A stretch of DNA of 64,000 bases from Sminthopsis crassicaudata (lineage: Eukaryota). The notes beneath the pieces were generated by a model. It had not been told where the DNA came from. It saw nothing but the letters and a program-made list of their open reading frames with translations, and did not search any database. Location of the stretch: assembly GCF_048593235.1 (NCBI RefSeq), contig NC_133619.1:64370454-64434453 (forward strand), read 5' to 3'. The position numbers and the translations under genes were made by a program. Below, piece by piece: positions 61,432 through 64,000 of the stretch. The stretch's first letter is position 1, and the number at the start of each line of letters is the position of its first letter.

Positions 61432-62219
61432 AATTTGCCTTTGCAATAGAATTCCTCAAACTGCTTTCCAAAGGGGTCAATGTCTCTTCCAGAAAATAAC
61501 ATTTTAAAAATAGAGAACTTAACAAGGTTATAACTGTACATTTCAAGTTTTTTAAGGCACTTTTCTTTTTCATTCCCTGCTCCAAGAATTTAGCTTCAAA
61601 GGAAAACTTGAAATCTCCACCTTCTTATTGGTCTCATAGATTTCAGTATCTTCTCTCTCCAATTTACACTTCACATAGCTGACAAAATATTTTTTCTAAG
61701 GATACATTTGACCATTTTACAGGCTAATCAAAATCCTGCAATGGCTACCTATTGATGCCAGGATAAAAGAATTCCTTAGACTGACACTTGTGGCCCTTTA
61801 TAACTTGGCCCCATTCTATCTTTTCTATATTATTTTATATTATCCCCCTTCACATGATCTATTTTCCAGACAGAATAAAATACCAGCTGTTCCCTAGAAC
61901 TTTATCTTTTGTCTCTGTACATTTAAATGCAAAAATCTCCCAATCTATCAATTCCTCCCCTTTCTCCAAGTCTGGATTATACTTTTTCTTTATTCTAGCT
62001 TTTTGGAATTTTTAATTTTCTTCAAAGCTCAATTTTGATGCCATTTCTTCATTCACACAAAATATGGAAGAAATATCAAATCTTAGACTTGGAAGGGACT
62101 TCAGGACTCATCAAGTCCCTAGTCATCTCTAAAGAATAATATCACTCCCTACCATACTCCTAAAAAGTAGTCATATACCATTCCAGTGAAAGGGACTTCT
62201 TTTCTTTCTCCTTCTATTT

Positions 62220-62425
62220 TTTACTACTACTACCACTACTACTACTACTGTTATTATTATTTCTACAATAATTATTACTGCTCCTGCTATTGCTACTATT
62301 ATTTTACTATTACTCCTCCTCCTATTGCTGGTACTGCTGCTACTACAATTACTTTACTACTATTCCCTACTACTGCTGCTGCTACTGGCAATGCTTCTCC
62401 TCCTCCTCCTCTTTCTTCTTTTTCT
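62220..62425. repeat. Mosaic trinucleotide low-complexity tract (TAC/TAT/TGC/TCC)
   Basis: Directly visible. Confidence 0.9.
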
Positions 62426-64000
62426 GTTTTTTAAGATTAGGTCTCCTTAAAGACAGGTAACAGGCTGACTTTTATCTTTCTTTGCATTCTTATTGCTTAG
62501 AATATTGCCTGGCTCATAGTAGCACTTAATACATGTTTACTGATTAAGTGACATAGTAAGGATATCTGTTTAGTCCACTGTAACTAGGAACCCCTGAGCT
62601 CATGCACTTCAACATCTTCAGACTTCTTGATAGCAGATAGTATAATTGTGGTCCATCAATCCTATTGAACTCACTTTGTTCTGAGTCATAACATTCATTT
62701 TCTGAAGAATTCAAATTATTATGAAATTATTCCTTACCTCAAGGCCAAACCCACATCTTCCCCTATACCCCAGTTAAAAGTTCCTTTTCTTTCCTCCAAT
62801 TTCCTAGAATATTTTTTCTGGACTTCTCATTTGACCTTGTCAGACAACTCTCTGTATTATATTCTCTCTATACATAAAAGATATCTGAAGTAGAATATAA
62901 GCTCCTTAAAGATGGAGATTACTTAGTCTTTGTATTCCCCAGGTCTAGTGTCTGTCATATAGTTGGAGTGAGTGCTTAATAAATGTTGAATTGAAATGTC
63001 TGAGCTCTCTGCTCACTCAACTAGCACTCTTATTAGCCAGGGTTTCCAAAACTGTATTCAATTACTCTGGAAACAGAGGGCAATTTATTGTCATTGGCCC
63101 TCTTGGAGTCTATCTTCCCACTGCTCTGAAGTTCATCTTTAGAAGTGTGATGATTTTTTTCTTTTCTTTTCTTTCAACTCTCCTAGCCTAACAATATTCA
63201 ACAACTACACAGTCTTTGAAGTAGATATTATAAGTATTACCCCCATTTCACAAAAGAGGGAATAGGTTTAGAGGGTTAAACAACTTACCCCTGCTCACAT
63301 GGAAGGCAGAACTTAAACCTAGATTTCTAGATTTCTCGATATTATCCATGTGATTGTAATCAATAGATTATATGAGAGCCAAATCATGACATAATCTACC
63401 TACCTCTCCTTCTGGCTCTCTGGATGAACTCCAAGATGAGTTCCACTTAACTTTCTTGTTTTAGAATTTATTTAGCCTTGGTATTAGGAAGATTGTTGTT
63501 GTTTTTAATAATATTTAATACAAATTGGTCCTACTCTAATTCTGTTCCATCCCTTCTTATCTGATCCTGGGTGGAACCGAGACATGACTGTTCACTGGCT
63601 TATGTATTATTCCCACTCTTTCAGACACTTGAAAAAGGCCTTGAAAACACTCCATCTGACTTTCTTTTCATAAGGACAAAGAAAAAATGTCAAATCGGAA
63701 GGAGTGTGGACTTGTGGAATACCAAAGACATGAACCTTGGAATAAGAGAGTGAGGGTGTGTGTGGGGGTCACAAGAGTGATTTTAAAACCACAGCATGAC
63801 CATTAATGTCTAACTGGAATTTGGTCAGGCATTGGGGTTAAAGGTCCAATACTCTGTTGAGAGGGCCCTGGGATCTTAATGAGGAGAATTTGGGGTTTTC
63901 CAGTTCATCTGAAAGCTGGATTGTTTCATGTACCAGAGGGCACCGAACACTCTATATACACATATATATGTTTCCTTAAAAAAATAAAATGAGTAAAATA

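Noticed and set aside
1-64000. CRISPR arrays, operons, rRNA or endogenous viral ORFs
   Set aside because: No regularly spaced repeat-spacer structure, rRNA motif or long viral-like ORF was seen; the DNA is mammalian and repeat-rich. Highly decayed viral fragments cannot be excluded without tBLASTn

Overview
This is repeat-rich, AT-rich eukaryotic DNA, not a prokaryotic window. The repeat inventory (WSINE1-type tRNA-SINEs, MAR1-type CORE-SINEs with BovB-like tails, MIR, L2, CR1/L3, marsupial L1 3' ends, a HAL1-like element, a BovB/RTE fragment, hAT-like MITEs) points to a marsupial, most likely a dasyurid. The N-gaps suggest a short-read draft such as the older Tasmanian devil assembly; the species is an inference. 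Repeat family names come from recall of consensus sequences and need RepeatMasker confirmation, and boundaries of old elements are approximate. I could not identify any protein-coding gene by homology. Nearly all ORFs in the track are chance ORFs, repeat-derived or gap artefacts, and a few exon-like segments are listed at low confidence. The best-supported unusual signals are structural. First, short local sequences appear to have been copied into nearby repeats with junction microhomology and no target-site duplication of their own (3894-4067 into 6125-6281; about 35932-36100 into 35281-35478), and a 48-bp inverted repeat brackets two assembly gaps. Second, there is an old, roughly 70%-identical 180-bp duplicate pair at 1.7 and 2.8 kb with matching splice-like borders. 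Third, one MAR1 SINE head has become a consensus CTCF motif. Fourth, compact composite motifs (C/EBP plus NF-kB upstream of a splice donor; RFX X-box plus FOX) lie near 60-61 kb. I cannot demonstrate a new biological system from sequence alone.
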